Shown here: positions 1 to 14,309 of the stretch, piece after piece | Position numbering within the stretch: position 1 is the first letter of the stretch | How the letters are laid out: each line of letters begins with the position of its first letter | Assembly: GCF_009914755.1 (NCBI RefSeq) | Contig: NC_060928.1 | From: the human T2T-CHM13v2.0 reference genome, Homo sapiens | Strand: one strand, 5' to 3' | DNA length: 64,000 nucleotides | Notes under the pieces: model-generated | The model's database searches: none | Seen by the model: the letters and a program-made list of their open reading frames with translations, nothing else | What the model was told of the DNA's origin: nothing | Made by a program: the position numbers and the translations under genes

Positions 1-317
<317 letters not shown>

Positions 318-464
318 CATAATATAATGTCGATTATATTATCAGAAAAATAATTTTAACATTAGTATAACAGTACCTCTTTACATATATAACATATATA
401 TAACATATATATTGTATATATCAAACATAACATATATATATTCGTTCTGTTTAACAGTCTTTAG

Positions 465-1193
465 TAATGCAAAACAGACAAACACAAATGTTGGCAAGGA
501 TGTGGAGAAAAGAGAACCCTCTTTCTCTCTTGATGGGAATGTAAATTAGTACAACCACTATGGAGAACAGTTTGGAGTTTCCTCGAAAAACTAAAAATAG
601 AACTACCGTATGATCCAGGAATCCCACTGCTAGGTATATACCCCAAAGAAAGGAAATCAGTATATCAAAAAGATATTTGCATTCCCATGTTTATTGCAGC
701 ACTATTCACAATAAGCAAGATTTGGATGCAACATCATTGTCTATCAACAGATGAATAGATAAAGAAAATGTGGTATATGTACACAATGGAGCACTATTCA
801 GCCATAAAAAAGAATGAGATCCTGTCACGTGCAGTAACATGGATGGAACTAGAGGTCATTATGGCATGTGAAATACACTAGACACAGAAAGACAAACTTC
901 ACATGTTTTCATTTATCTGTGGGAGATAAAACATAAAACAATTGAATTCATGGAGATAGAGAGTAGAATGATAGTTATCAGCAGGTGGGATGGGTCATGG
1001 ATAAGGGGGAAGTGGTGATGGTTAATGCATACAAAAATATAGTTAGAATGAGTCAGATCTAGTATTTGATAACACAACTGGGTGACTACTGTCAACGTAA
1101 CTTATTATACATTAAAAGTAACTAAAAGAGTATAATTGGATTGTTTGTAACAAAAAGAAAAAATAAATGCTTGAGGTGATGGATTAAAAAAAA
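465..1193 (+). mobile_element. L1 3' fragment (L1MA-like; end of ORF2 plus 3' UTR)
   Basis: CAAATGTTGGCAAGGATGTGGAGAAAAG, ATATACCCCAAAGAAAGGAAATCAGTATATC, TCAGCCATAAAAAGAATGAGATCCTG; ends in A-rich tract. Confidence 0.9.
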
Positions 1194-1519
1194 GTTCTAA
1201 GTAGCTTAAAGTTCTTCCTAATGCCTAGAGGATGGGTGCAGACCCCTTAACAGTGCATACTTCACCCTTTTAAATCTTCTCCTTTAAACTCTGACTCTTG
1301 CTTTCATTCCCAGAAATTTGGTTACCATCCTGTAGGCAAAGAGTGAGCATACTTTTGCATGCTCCTCAAGGTCTCCTTGCTGTGAAGTCTTCGAAGGTTC
1401 CTTTCCTTCTCTTTGTCAATTTACTTGCCCCTCTCTTGTTTGTCCCCAGCTCCTTACTTACAAATCTTTCAGGGTTTCTCATATTTTGTTTCAGGTAGCT
1501 GTTTATATGCATGATCTCC

Positions 1520-1625
1520 TGCTGTGAGCACCTTAAAGATAAGAACTGTGTTTTATTCATCTTTGCTTCCCTTAGCTAAGAGTCTTGCAGGTAATAGGTG
1601 CTCAGCAAATGTTTGTTGAATGAAC
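1520..1625 (+). mobile_element. L2 3'-end relic
   Basis: TAGGTGCTCAGCAAATGTTTGTTGAATGAA resembles the L2 3' terminus. Confidence 0.6.
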
Positions 1626-2204
1626 ATTGAATGTGGAAAAGCCATATACTAATGTGGCGAAGGCATCATTGTGGCTTCATTAAACCTGAACCATGCAGAC
1701 CAAAGGAATTTTGTCTGGGGAGAGTGGCAAGGATTAGTGGAGATTCTTGAGAATGGAATGGAAATAAGCTAAAGAGGAGTTCTGGTCTCACCCAGGTCTC
1801 TGGAGACACATAGTTGATGCCTTAAGATTAGTAAGGTTTAAAACTTGAGTCTTATGAATCTTTATTTTATTTCTCAGGGATTTCCCCCAAGCTACAAACA
1901 TTGAGATTTTGTTAGGCAGGTCCTTATTCCAAAAAAGAATACCAATTTGTGTTTTAATGGTTTGGAATTGTGGTCCCTCTTTACTTTATTTCAGTAATTT
2001 TTGTGCTTTTTTATGCTTTCATTTAGCTGAATCTCAAAACATCAATAAAATCTTTTCTTGCCAAGGTCAACAACTCCCCCGAGAATCTTGCGAGCCCTAC
2101 TCTCTTCCTGACATTCCCATTCCCTCTGCCTTTCCCCTCCTCTATTCTAGCACTTCGGTAGCGTTTCCCTGTAATAGAGCTATGTAGGCTGGCATGGGCC
2201 TCCT

Positions 2205-2320
2205 CTAGACTGAGTTACCAGAGGGCAGGCAGGTGCCAATTTCATAAAGTTCTCTCCTGCAGGGCCTAGTAAAGTGATTTGCATAATAGAGATGTTTAGA
2301 AAGTGTTGGGTGAATAAATA
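2205..2320 (+). mobile_element. L2 3'-end relic
   Basis: CTAGACTGAG...GAGGGCAGG...CCTAGTAAAGTG...TGAATAAATAA. Confidence 0.5.
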
Positions 2321-4104
2321 ACTTAATAATGACGATGGCCCAATAAAGGCAGTGCAGAGGGAAACATAATGACCTCAGGAGTAATTCAGAGATATTCTTA
2401 CTTGAAAAGGTTTAAGTAGGTTATTTGGTTTAAACGTTGTATCATCTGAAAACTCAATTTCCTATAGCAACTAGTACCAGATTGAGAGGACATTTTGTGC
2501 TGTTCAGCAATGTGAGGGAAGCTGCCGCTGGAAAGGGGAAAGGAACCAGTGTTTGGAGGGAGGCTGTGGAACAAGATAGAAAATCCTCAAAGGCAGCTAG
2601 CTGTCCATTTGCACTCCTAGAAAGAGTCAGAGAATGGAGGGAGGGCAAGGCTACTATTGCAAAGCCACTCATAGAGCCAGCCACAGTGTTTGTGTAGGGA
2701 GGGTAATTTCCGATAAAAATAGAGAAAAACTTTTTTTTTTTTTTAAATGTTAAGCACTTTAAAAGCAACTGTGGGAAGTTTTAATCATAGGGTGGCTCTT
2801 TCTTTCTGAAAGAAGAAAGAGGTATTTCAATTTTAAATTCAGTGGGTTGAAATGATTGTGTCATTTCAGCTAGAGGGGAGCACGTCAGCAAGTGGAAATG
2901 TTTTATCGTGTAAAGTATGACTTGAAGATGTCACATTTAAAATTTTAAAAAAGTAAATAATTTCTGTAGTTGGTTTTCTTCCTCCACAAGAACATTTAGA
3001 ACTTTGCTGCATTTGGAAAGAAAAAGTAAAAATTTCAGGCATCATATTCACCATTGACATAGAAATAGAAGTCTTACTAAATGGGCTGGGTTTCTTAATA
3101 TGGTTAAGTTATGCAGAAAATAGAACAAAGATCGCCCCTTAGGAGATAAACTTTGCTTAGAGGTACTGGGGAAGATTAGCCTGTGAGTTTATTTAAGTAT
3201 TTACGCTTTGATTATGGGAGTTATTTGATAAAAAGAGATGCTGACTAAATTGTAAGGCCCTCGGTTTCCAACTCCCTGTCTTACTTATCACTAAAACATC
3301 CTCTATAGTTCATTGACCTGTTAGACATTTGATACAAATTTGCTGAATCAATGAATTTTAGGATGTTTGGAATGTAAGTCTGCATTGATCATTTAAAGAT
3401 GTCATCAGCCACCAGTAAGTATTAATAATGATGATAAAGGCACTATTTTAAAAAAGATTAATATAAAAATTAGAGGTATAAAATGATGACTTTATGGACT
3501 GTCTTCTTGAAGCTGGCATTATTACATGTTTGAACTAACCTGTAGTTTATGGAATATAACAATTTTCAGGGCAGTGTCCTTTTACAGAGCAATCAGACCC
3601 AACAGTCAGATTAACTCTGCCTGAATATGAAGAAATATTCAGAATCATGAAGCTCTCAAGGCTATTAGTGATGACTAAAAAATATTGAATAAAGAAATTC
3701 CTGGTCAGAGTAATTAGTTGCTCTCTTTATTTAGCTGATTGAAAGATACGGCTAATTAGAAATTTATTTTGCTGACAAGAGACCTTTTCTAAAGTGATTT
3801 TTTTCACTTCCACTGTCAGAACTTTAGGCAAATCCCTTTCTTTTGTAGCCAGGACTTACACGCATGGCAATTTTTTTTTTCCCTTTAGGAGAATATGTGT
3901 ACGCGTATCAAGTAAGGCATATTGTTCATAGTTTCTTTCTAGATGTGTGACATTATTTTTTCCCTACAGAATTTTCATTTATAATCTAAGATTCTTCGTT
4001 AGTAGTAACAAATTACTGTGCCTCATAATGGCCTATACTTGGAGCATGCTGGAAAAAGAGTACAGATGTTAATTTTTTATCACAGACATTCTGGAGACAA
4101 TTAA

Positions 4105-4412
<308 letters not shown>

Positions 4413-4564
4413 TAGTTTCTTCTTTTTTCATGACATTTCTGCACAAGGAAGTCTGTTTTTGTTGTTGTTAGGATTTTGTTTGTTTTTTGTTTGTATTGCC
4501 TCACTAAATGCATTGTTAAAACCTGTAGTTATTCTCTTTACTAGGGCAATCTCTTCCCTCTTAG

Positions 4565-4785
4565 GGGGTTTGGATTCTGACTGCCTGGATTCCAGTTCCA
4601 GTCCTGCCATATACTACCTGCATGGCCTCAGTTTAGCATCTCTACTGTTCAAACCCTCTAAGTTTCAGTTTCCTCACTTGTAACATGGGGAAAATAATAG
4701 TCTGTTGAGAATTAAATGAGATGCACTGAAGGCCCTTAACTGCCCATAGTAGCACATCGTAAGCATTCTATAATTACTGTTATCG
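4565..4785 (+). mobile_element. MIR SINE
   Basis: MIR core CTCTAAGTTTCAGTTTCCTCACTTGTAACATGGGGAAAATAATAGT...GAGAATTAAATGAGAT. Confidence 0.8.
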
Positions 4786-5489
4786 CTGTAGTTGTTTATG
4801 TCTCTTCTTCTTTGTCCAGCCTTCCTTCTTCCTATGTTTTTTTCCCCTCGCTCAGATCAACTCTCTCACTCAATATTTCCAATATATATTTTTTTCTGGT
4901 TAATTTCATTTGTTATGTGAATATAGACCATGACATAAAGTAGGGACCGATTTCCATGTGAAGATTTTAGAATAGATACCATCATATACCTACTACAATA
5001 TGTATAGGAATAACTTATTTGAGCATCGAAACACTGTTTCACATGTGAAACAAACCTAGGCCTACTCTCTTGCAGTGATTTACATGCTTTCCAGTGTGTT
5101 CCTGGATATTCGGCTCTCATCCTTGCATGTATTTTCCCACACCTCTACATGTGCCATCTCCTTTGCTCATGCTTCGCCTTCCTTCTCTGATTTCTAGCTA
5201 TTGATGGTTTTTTTCCCTTGCCATGCATTAGAATTAACATCTTTTTCTAATATCGCTTCTTTGTGAAGCTTATTACCCTTCTATTCTGTGTCCCAGATAC
5301 TCTATGTTCAATCCAGTGGGGCCGCACAGGGAGAATACACAGTAATTCAGGATGGCAGCGGGGTGGGGAGAAAGAACAGGCTGGTCCGGCTCCTCCACTC
5401 CCCTGTTTCCAATGGGGGTAACTTCCCTGTTGTCCTATGTGCTGGTGACAAGGGAGAGACATGAAGGAATTGGAGGAGTTCTGTTTTTC

Positions 5490-5985
5490 AGGTGCTTCCC
5501 AATACCCACTGGATAACATCCAAGCTCCTGAACGTGGTACACATATTCCCTAAGGTCTGCGCTCTTGCAGCCTTGTCTTCCCACTTTAAAATTTGTACCC
5601 TGGTGATACTGTCTTTCAGTGCCCGGCACATCACATCCTGCTTTGAATTTATGTGTCGGTGCTTCTTGTGTAATGTTTGTCTGCCCATCTTTACCTTACC
5701 GACTCCAAGTCTCCAATCCATTCTTCCAAGCTCAGCACAGAGCTTGTCTCCTCTGGGAAGGCTTCCATGAGGCTTTTGCCTTCTTCCTACTGAGCCAAGT
5801 ACCCTCCTTTCCTTTGGATTCAACTGCTCGCTGGGAATAGCTCTGTCATTATAGACCCTGTTACTTTGGAATGGCCTGTTTATGGGTCTGTGTTTTTCTG
5901 ATGGAATAAATTCTGTGACAGCAGGGACCACATATTATTCATTTCTGTATCCCCACCTTCTAGCATGCTATGTGGTTCAGTGTAC
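5490..5985 (+). mobile_element. L2 LINE relic
   Basis: TCCAAGCTCCTGAAC..., TCTTCCAAGCTCAGC...CTCCTCTGGGAAGGCTTCC..., GCAGGGACCACA...TTTCTGTATCCCC. Confidence 0.6.
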
Positions 5986-7238
5986 ACCAACCACGGTTAT
6001 TTGTAGAACTCTTAAATTGACCTCACTGGGATCCGTGGGGATGAAGGCAGTGACTGACGAAGGAATTTTACTTCCTTTCATGGGGCTTGCCTGATAGTGG
6101 CCTGACTTTAAATTTCTTTCAGACAACTTAACTGGACAGATAATTTAGCTCTTCTCCAATTTGCAGTCTTATTCCAGAAGGGACTATATTTTAAAAGGTG
6201 GAATTCATATGTTTACATTATTTGTAGATTTTTTTCTTATGTCATAGTATAGCTTGTTTGCCAACCACATGTATTTCCCATTTACTCATTTCTTCTACAG
6301 AACACATATTAAGATAATGGACTTTCTAAACACATGAGACAAATACCTACAAAATGCGTGAAACAAAATGGCCCATCAGCAGATTTTCTCATAGAAGAAA
6401 CCCGTAGGCACATAATAGAATGCTCTCAGTACAAAAACAAACAAGCAATTACCTATGCTGCTTCCTGTGGGAAACTCAGCATCCTACCACCCATGGTGAT
6501 GACTTCTGTGATTTTTTTTGGAGGGGTTACATCATTCTAAGGAAATTCATTCATATGTTTGTCAATAAATGCACATTTTATTTTCTTGGACAGAAAACAA
6601 AGTATGTTTTCGTTCAAGTTTATTTTCCTCTTTCTTTTGTTTTGTTTTTTTAACATAAACATTCAACATGCAATTTAGAATAATAGTGCAAAAGGCTGAA
6701 TGGTGGTCGTCACAGGCTGATAGTGGGGAGGGAACTGTGTGTTCCAGAAACATCTGGAATATTTGTGATGTGGTAGTTGCCTAGAGTGTCTTCCTCTGGG
6801 CTTTGACATTAAACAATGCCTTCTAGAATTTAACTGAGTCAAGATATATTTAAATTGCAGACGTGTATTGTTGTTAGTCTGATAAAAATCATATTTGATG
6901 AATCTGCTCTTAATTTCCTTCTCTGTATTATAAAAGCTCTTCCTTTCTTATGTTAATCCAACATTTTCAAGAATATTATAAGAATGGAGACTTGAAATAA
7001 ATCATATTGGGAAACACCAGTGAGAAAAGGTTTTGAAAATTCAAAAGGTGAAAAATATATCTAGCCCCAGTAGATAAATGTCTATGGTGAGAATTGATGT
7101 CAATATAATTTTTATTTTTTAATTTTTCATTATAAATTGTCAATTTATAATTGTATAAATTTATGGGGTACAAAGTGACATTACAGAGGATGGGAAGATG
7201 ATGACCAAAGTGTTAAAAATCTCACTGAGGCATGAGGA

Positions 7239-7247
<9 letters not shown>

Positions 7248-7288
<41 letters not shown>
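7248..7288. repeat. (TG)n microsatellite, ~20 units
   Basis: direct reading. Confidence 0.97.
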
Positions 7289-7294
<6 letters not shown>

Positions 7295-9410
7295 ATTTAG
7301 TTCTATTGCACAGTGTGGCATATATTGTTAAAAATATTGTATAGTTCAACATAATTTTGAGAGTACGAAGAGTCCTGATTTTGCATTTTTCTACTTAATA
7401 TTAGATAAAATACTAGTCATTTCAATCTGTGTCTTCAAATTTTGGCATCATCTTCTTTAGGTATGTAGAATCATCATCAATTTATCTAGGGCTTTTTGTA
7501 GAAAATTATCTATTTGAATTAAAAAAATCCTCAAGTTTTACTTAAACCTGAAAATTGCTATATTTGTTCTTTTAGTAATGGTAGTTTAAACAAAACAGCT
7601 TTATGAAATTTGAAGTTTAACAAGAAATTGCTAATTTTGAAAAGTATATTTTAGATATATGGACTAGAGACAAATTGTGAGATATTTTGTACTTTCTATT
7701 CTGAAATCACTATAAGATTTTAATAGAGTGTTCAAAGTTTCATTTCATAAGTAATATTTTTTCAAGTATCTACAGAAACTATCTGCTAATGCTGAGAAGA
7801 AAACACTTTAAGGAATCCATGATTATTAATTTATTCTTCTTGATTATATGGTTTGCTCCTCATACCCTCTGGATGCTCAGTCATAGAAAAAAATGTGATC
7901 CTTTAACTACGGGGTTAGAACAAAGGCCCATTTTCTGCCCACTGCTTATAGAAATCAAGAGACAAAATTTTACTTAGAGAGCTGTGGTCTAATGGAAATG
8001 TGGGTATTCAGAAGTAGCTTCTGAATTTAAAGTTGCATTTAAAGTTGGCATTTCTGTCCAATCTGGTTGAGAATCTGAAAGCAGTTCCACATTTCTTCAT
8101 CAGGAAGTCAGGCTGACTTGTGATGAAAGATGATGAAGACAAATCCCAAACAGGGCTTCCTGTTTGTTTAAACCCCCAACCCAGGAGAAAATCGCTTCCA
8201 AGTTTCCCTGTACAATCATTGTAATATATTTTCTTTTCAGATTGTTAGCAGACTGCTCAGTTTGTGCTTGGCATTTCAATTATAGTGAAAAAGGTGAAAC
8301 CCAGAAGACTCAAGGAATTCTCATTAGGAGTCTGAAATTTGATAGACTTTTAAAATTAACCTCTGCTTCTTGTTCTATCTTTAGTAGGCACATTATTCAT
8401 TAAATCAAATGTATTGATTATCTGCTTTATGAACAGTTTTGAATTGGTTACTGTGATGGATTAGAAAAGAAGAAAATATGGCTTTTGTCCTCAGAAGTCT
8501 CTCTTACTAAAAAAAAAAAATCAGATTGAAATACAGAGAAAAATTTCAATTTAAAGATGGCAACCACTTTTAAGGAAGGACTAGATTGTTTCCCTAACAT
8601 GAGTGCTTGTGCAAAGTGAGATGTTTTGTTTTGTGAATGACTTTATAGATATTAAACAGTAGGAAAGAGAGGCAAAGGAATCAGGGAAGAGTGAAAACTT
8701 TGGAAAAAGACTTAGATGCTTTTCCTAGAATGCTGGGACATCTAAACCATGTTTGCACAGAGGTAATTAATGTAACCTTAATGTTAATTATACTTAATGT
8801 TATATATGTTAATATATATAGCTAACATATACTAAGCATATACTTCACATTGACTACTGAGCTAAATGCTGTACTGGCATTTCCTCATGTACTCCTGGGA
8901 ATAGCCTTATGATATAGGTGGGATGCATTTTCTAGAAGAAGAAATTGGGACAAAGGTGAAATAATTTTTAAATAATTGACACTAGTGTCCATGTTTTAAA
9001 CTTCTGCTCAAGGCTTTGCTTCTAAAGAACATTCTTATTTCTTCCTTGCTTTTCACATTTTCACCTGCTTTCATTTATTTTTTCCTTTTCTCATCTCTAT
9101 CATCTAATTTTCTCCCTTGATTTCTTAACCCTTCTCATAGTTTCTCATAATATGTTGCTAGTCTGTCAAAATTTTCTTGTTTGACTGATGGTTCACTGAA
9201 TACTTCTGTTGCTGTTGTATTCAAAACTATATACATGGATGATTGCTTTTTTTTTTACTTTTACAGTCTAATGTAGATATGAATATGCTGAATACATGTA
9301 CTTTGATTAGAAATGGAAGTAAATATCACTAAAGCCTAACATAATTCTTCTTCATAAAAGGGGCAAAGAGGCTATGAAGGAATAAGACATTTATTGCTAA
9401 AAGCATTTGC

Positions 9411-9413
<3 letters not shown>

Positions 9414-9444
<31 letters not shown>

Positions 9445-9464
9445 ACACACACACACACACACAC
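9414..9464. repeat. (CA)n microsatellite with one interruption
   Basis: direct reading. Confidence 0.97.
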
Positions 9465-11697
9465 CTGTTTTTTCTGGAGAACAAATGGTAGAGTTTCTGC
9501 CCATAAAGGATGGGCAGCATGTGTGTTCATATTTTAAAGCTGTCCAGCAAATTCTACCTACCACAAGTTAACTGTCTATTAGAACACAAGGATTCCATGT
9601 TCCTGTCCATCAGCTTCTGTCAATCTAGTGTGGCAGAAATCTTCTGAACCTTCAGCCTATTGAGATATACATAAATTCTATCAAGAAACTCTATAGAACA
9701 TGGCACTGTCTTTATGATTTGGAGTGCCAGTGGAACTTGGTCATAATCAGTTAGACCCTTAAACTAAAATGCTCTGTAGGGGACCCACTGCCCACTGTCC
9801 TTTATAATGCACATTATTTTCAAATGAAACCATGGTCAGGATGAAGGCCAGGCTGCCATTGGAGATAATATTCTGAGTAACAGTTTCATTGGGAAATCAT
9901 GCTTTGCATGGCTGTAGAAGTAATTCAAAAGATGGATTGCCTTGATCAGGCCAAAAACCCCTCAAACTGTTCTATTTATCTCTTTAGTGCTTCAAAAGCC
10001 TTGTAATTTCAATGATTACATAACAATTTGGCATATGTGAGTTCTCTGACAAAGTCCAGAATCTCAAATTGTAAAAATTAGTTTAACACAGAGTCCAGAA
10101 TGAAACAGATTGGCAGAGCAAGTGTTTTTGCATCATTCATGACCCTTACCAGCTAGTCATTAATGATTTTGCCCAATACAGAATTCTAAGACTATTTCCC
10201 TTCTGGCTGTTTGAATAATTTACCTAGCAAGGTTAAAAAAATGTACAAGAATATCTTTAATTGAACAGCAGGGAACCTGTAATACCATGTGTTCATGAGA
10301 AATGATGCAGGGGAAGTATTTTTTGACCTGTGTTCTGCTGTCTTCCCTCAGAAGTTTATGTATCAAGGGAAGAGATGGGCCTGCACAGGTCTAATTTGTA
10401 TATACTAGAATCCACATACAATGTTGTTGAAAAAGTAATCTTGGTGCTGAAATTATTTAAAAATTCACTGGAGGAAATGAATATTTGCTACCATTGAAAA
10501 GTGTCCATTTTATGTAACCTAGGAAAAAGCAGACTATAAAACTAAAAGAACAAAACAAGTCCTGTAAAAATAAAGTAAGAAAAAGCCAAAGCAAAATAAA
10601 GACCAACCCAAAAAACCAAAAAGGCTGAATATATTTACAAGATTTTGTGTGTGTGGGTGTAAGCTTAAAAACTAAAACAAAATAGACACCAAGACGTGAA
10701 CTGTTTGTTCTGCTCCATTTGGCTAAGTTCTTAAAGGTTACAGGAAGATAGTGTACTTATTGCTTAAGATGATGATAATTTATATTAAAAAATAAATACA
10801 GGCATGTGAGCAGGAAGGGGAAATTGCTTCATTAATTACCTGGTTATCTTATCAGGCCTCTATTTTTTTTGTTTTCTGGAATGCAGAGCAGGCTTCATGA
10901 GGAGTACTGAATTGCTTTGGCAGCAGCTAGCCAAGCTGAGTGATTTGCAACACTCTTTGTTCACTCTGCATTTATGTTTCATAATGTGAGCGTCTGCCTG
11001 GGTGTGTTGGTGCCACTCCGTGTACATCCCTTCTCTCAGCCAGAGGTCCAAGGAGGGGCCAAACTGTCTCCCTCTGAACTTTCAGTTAGCAAACAGCACA
11101 CAGTCGATGTTGCCCGATCCTCTGTGGTCAGCGCAGTTCCTGATTCTAACCCCCCACTCCATAAGGCAAGCTCTAGAAACCAGGGTTCCTGAAAAGGAAC
11201 AAGAAAAAGGTGATACCAGGTGAAACCATCAAAAGTTGTTTGCGGTAACATTAGCCCTATGGGTTCAAGCGCCCTTCTTTCAGTTTATGCAGTCACGCAG
11301 TGGTTACCTCTTGCTGGGTGACTTTATTCTTTTATCCTTTGTAGAAATGTTGTAATTCTGGCAAAAAGCCCACAGAATCTATGTTTAAAAAGAGAAACAA
11401 ATAATGCTAAAATGCAATGTAGTGTATGTAATTAAAAATATCTTTCCTTGAACTTGGACAAAATAAATTATTGTGTAAAAATTATTTATTTTCCTAATTT
11501 AACTGCAGATTTGAACCTTAATCTTATTATTACTTTTTTTCCCTGGAATCTCTATGTTCAAAACCACTTCTTGATCTTCCAAAGCTGTGATATTTGTGAA
11601 CTCAATTTGCACAATCTCTAAACGATGCTACTGGTAGCCCAAATTAATATGATAAATTACAGTTATTTCCATGCATTGTAAATCTTCTCTTGATTTT

Positions 11698-12260
11698 TTT
11701 CAGTCCAGAGGTCTTTTTTTTTTAATACCTATTATGACATAAGGAAGAGGTTCCAGCACCCCAGGGTCCTTCCCATTGGTTCTCACACGGTGTGCTTCTC
11801 TGGGTGGAGCACACTGGCGCTTCAGTTGAACCCAGGTAGTTTTCTCTTTGGCTTCCTTCTCTTTCTGATTATTTTCCTTCACGTGTTTCAGGAAACTATC
11901 TTGGCTCCTAGAGTGCTTAATGTGCTCAGTACGCACTTTAATTCTCTTGGCAAGAATCTTGCCCTTCATTGTTTGTTCACAACAATGCCAACAGCATTCT
12001 GGGTAACATTCTAGACTCTTCCAGTTTTGCTATGGCAACATTTGTGGGACATTCCTTTTCGAACAGTACCCATTCCCTGGATGTCAACAGTATCACCTTT
12101 TTTTTTTTTTTAACTGTTTCTCATGCATGTAGCCAAAGGAACAACTCCATGTTTCCTAAAAGGTCAAAAGAATGTATATGGGGTGCCTCCCCTCTTCCCC
12201 TTTGTGTTTCCCATTTTGATGGATCACTGGAAGATGGCAGTTCTAGCTAAAGGAAGACTG
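11698..12260 (-). pseudogene. RPL21P: Processed pseudogene of 60S ribosomal protein L21
   Basis: ORF track 11700..11969 gives [32 protein letters not shown]...[15 protein letters not shown], matching the RPL21 C-terminal half. ATG at 12214 (MGNTKGKRGG, parent MTNTKGKRRG), RKHGVVPLA and GMGTV motifs. No introns, short poly(A), TSD TCTCTTGATTTT at 11686-11697 and 12261-12272. Disabled by a TAG at 12013-12011 and frameshifts. The specific pseudogene number is not determinable here. Confidence 0.97.
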
Positions 12261-12776
12261 TCTCTTGATTTTAAAGGATGAGGCTTTATAATATCTAGGC
12301 AAATGGCCAGAGTGGAAAATAATCTGTACATCACAATAATAATGATAAACATAATAATAAAAATAGTAACAATAATATGAAAGTACTCCACATTTTGTGT
12401 TTTTTGAAAAGAAAATATAGGGGAGGAAGTATATGTTTCCTCCTCTTCCCCCTTATATAATTTTCATAAAAACACATATCTCAAATGTGATCCAGACACA
12501 GCCAATCTGTGCCAATATGTCAATACAAAATGACAATTGCAATCAGATATCCCCCACAGGCATTACATAGGATTACCTGCATTTCCTAAGATAACTGTGT
12601 TTTAGAAAATTGACACAAAACTGACATAAGACAATCCTGGTAAGTAGGACTGGTGATCCATTTAATAGAAATCTACAGTGGAGGAATGGTTTACACTGGA
12701 TGGCTTCTTGATGTTGCTGACCGTTTAAGTGGGAGAGATTGCCAGCTAAGAGTAAATATTATACATATATATATTT

Positions 12777-12913
12777 CTTCTTCTTTTTTTAATAATAGAG
12801 ACAGGGTCTCACTATGTTGCCCAGGCTGGTTTTGAACTCCCGAGCTTAAGCAATCCGCCTGCCTTGGCCTCCCAAAGTGCTGGGATTACAGGTGTGGGCT
12901 ACCATGCCCAGCC
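12777..12913 (-). mobile_element. Free left Alu monomer (FLAM-like)
   Basis: single ~135-bp left arm with T-rich tail; degenerate flanking repeat TAAATATTATACAT / TAAATGTTATATAT. Confidence 0.85.
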
Positions 12914-14309
12914 TTAAATGTTATATATTTTTAAGTAACATTTTATATGGTTTTATATACATTACTCCTTTTTAGTCACATATAAACCCTGTGAGACAGA
13001 TGGGGCAGAAATTACATATTTTTACACAATAGGTTAGGCGATCTGATTACAATCAGTACTGGTATGTGTAACCTAGAGCTAGGATTAGGACTAGGCTCTC
13101 AGACTTTCATCAGCACATCACACTGCCAGGCTTCTTTCGGCTGAGCTGGTGGGGCTCCTCTGCTTCCTCCTTTCCTTGCGCTCAATCGCTGTGCTCTCAT
13201 CAGCAGCTAGGAGCAGCAGTGCATTCTTTTCTTCCCTCTCGAACAGTCCCACGTTTAGTAGGAATTAATAAGAAGCTCCCCTCCATAAAAAAGTTAGAAA
13301 TCCATTTCTTTTCCAAGACCCTTCTACTTCAGTTAAAGAAACTGAGATCTAGACGCAGAAGGAGGCCTGGGCTACAGACTCAGTGCTCTTTCTGCTCTAT
13401 CACATTAGCTGACATCAGTGTCGCTATAAGAAACAAAAAGAATCTATTTAAAAACACAACTGATTACAGCTATTTCTGCCCCTAGAGGAGGAAAGCTCCT
13501 ATGGCTGGAGATGATGGCTTTTTATTTAGAAAGTTTCCTTGTTATTGCCTTTAAATAAAAAAGGTTAGGCTTCCATTCCCTCCTCCCCTGCATATGGTGG
13601 TGCTGGAAGGTCTGAGCAGCAGGACAGCAGGCAAAGGGTTTCTAGAGACGTGCCAGCCAATGAGAAAGCCATGTGGGCTGGGGTGGTAGAGTACTTTTAA
13701 GAAGTGTCAAAATGAATATTAATGTAAAGGGCTCTGATGCCACCTCCCTTGCTGAAAAAACTTCAGTATAATCTGCTAAATAGATACTCCAATGCCTTCC
13801 TTGAGTGTTCTTTGTAGGGTAGAGGAAAGAGGGGACACAGGTACATCAGAGTCCTCATTGGAAGAGTGAAAATAGCAGCTGCTTGAGGCTAAAGTCTAGA
13901 TTTCAGTGGGTACAGAAAACTTGATGTAGACTGTAGGGCATATACCACACAGATTTGCAGAGATTTTCAGAAGAGCAACAGCCTTCTTATTAGATGTGCA
14001 TTTGCTGATTTGATGGAAATCTCAAGGTCACTGTAACTTCAGTTGACTTCTCCCTTACACAAAGAAGAGGCTAAAAGCCGTTATTGATTGCTCTCAAGAA
14101 ATCAGAGAAGAGGCCATGGCCACTCAAATATCCTAAAAAGGCTTTTGGATTTATGGAACTGTGGAAACTAACAGTCTTTAAATATCAACTGGTCCAACCT
14201 TTGTCTACTTCCTTCTCCTTCTCATCCTTTTTGCAATAAAGGAATCAAAGACTTAGATTCAATATCCAATGTATACCAGGCCGTTGAGTAATCACAGATG
14301 CAAGACTAG

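Noticed and set aside
5488-5931. 147-aa ORF and overlapping ORFs
   Set aside because: They coincide with an L2 relic and show no protein family resemblance.
8765-8845. AT-rich quasi-repeats (TTAATGTTA, CATATACT)
   Set aside because: Low complexity with no regular period or spacer structure.
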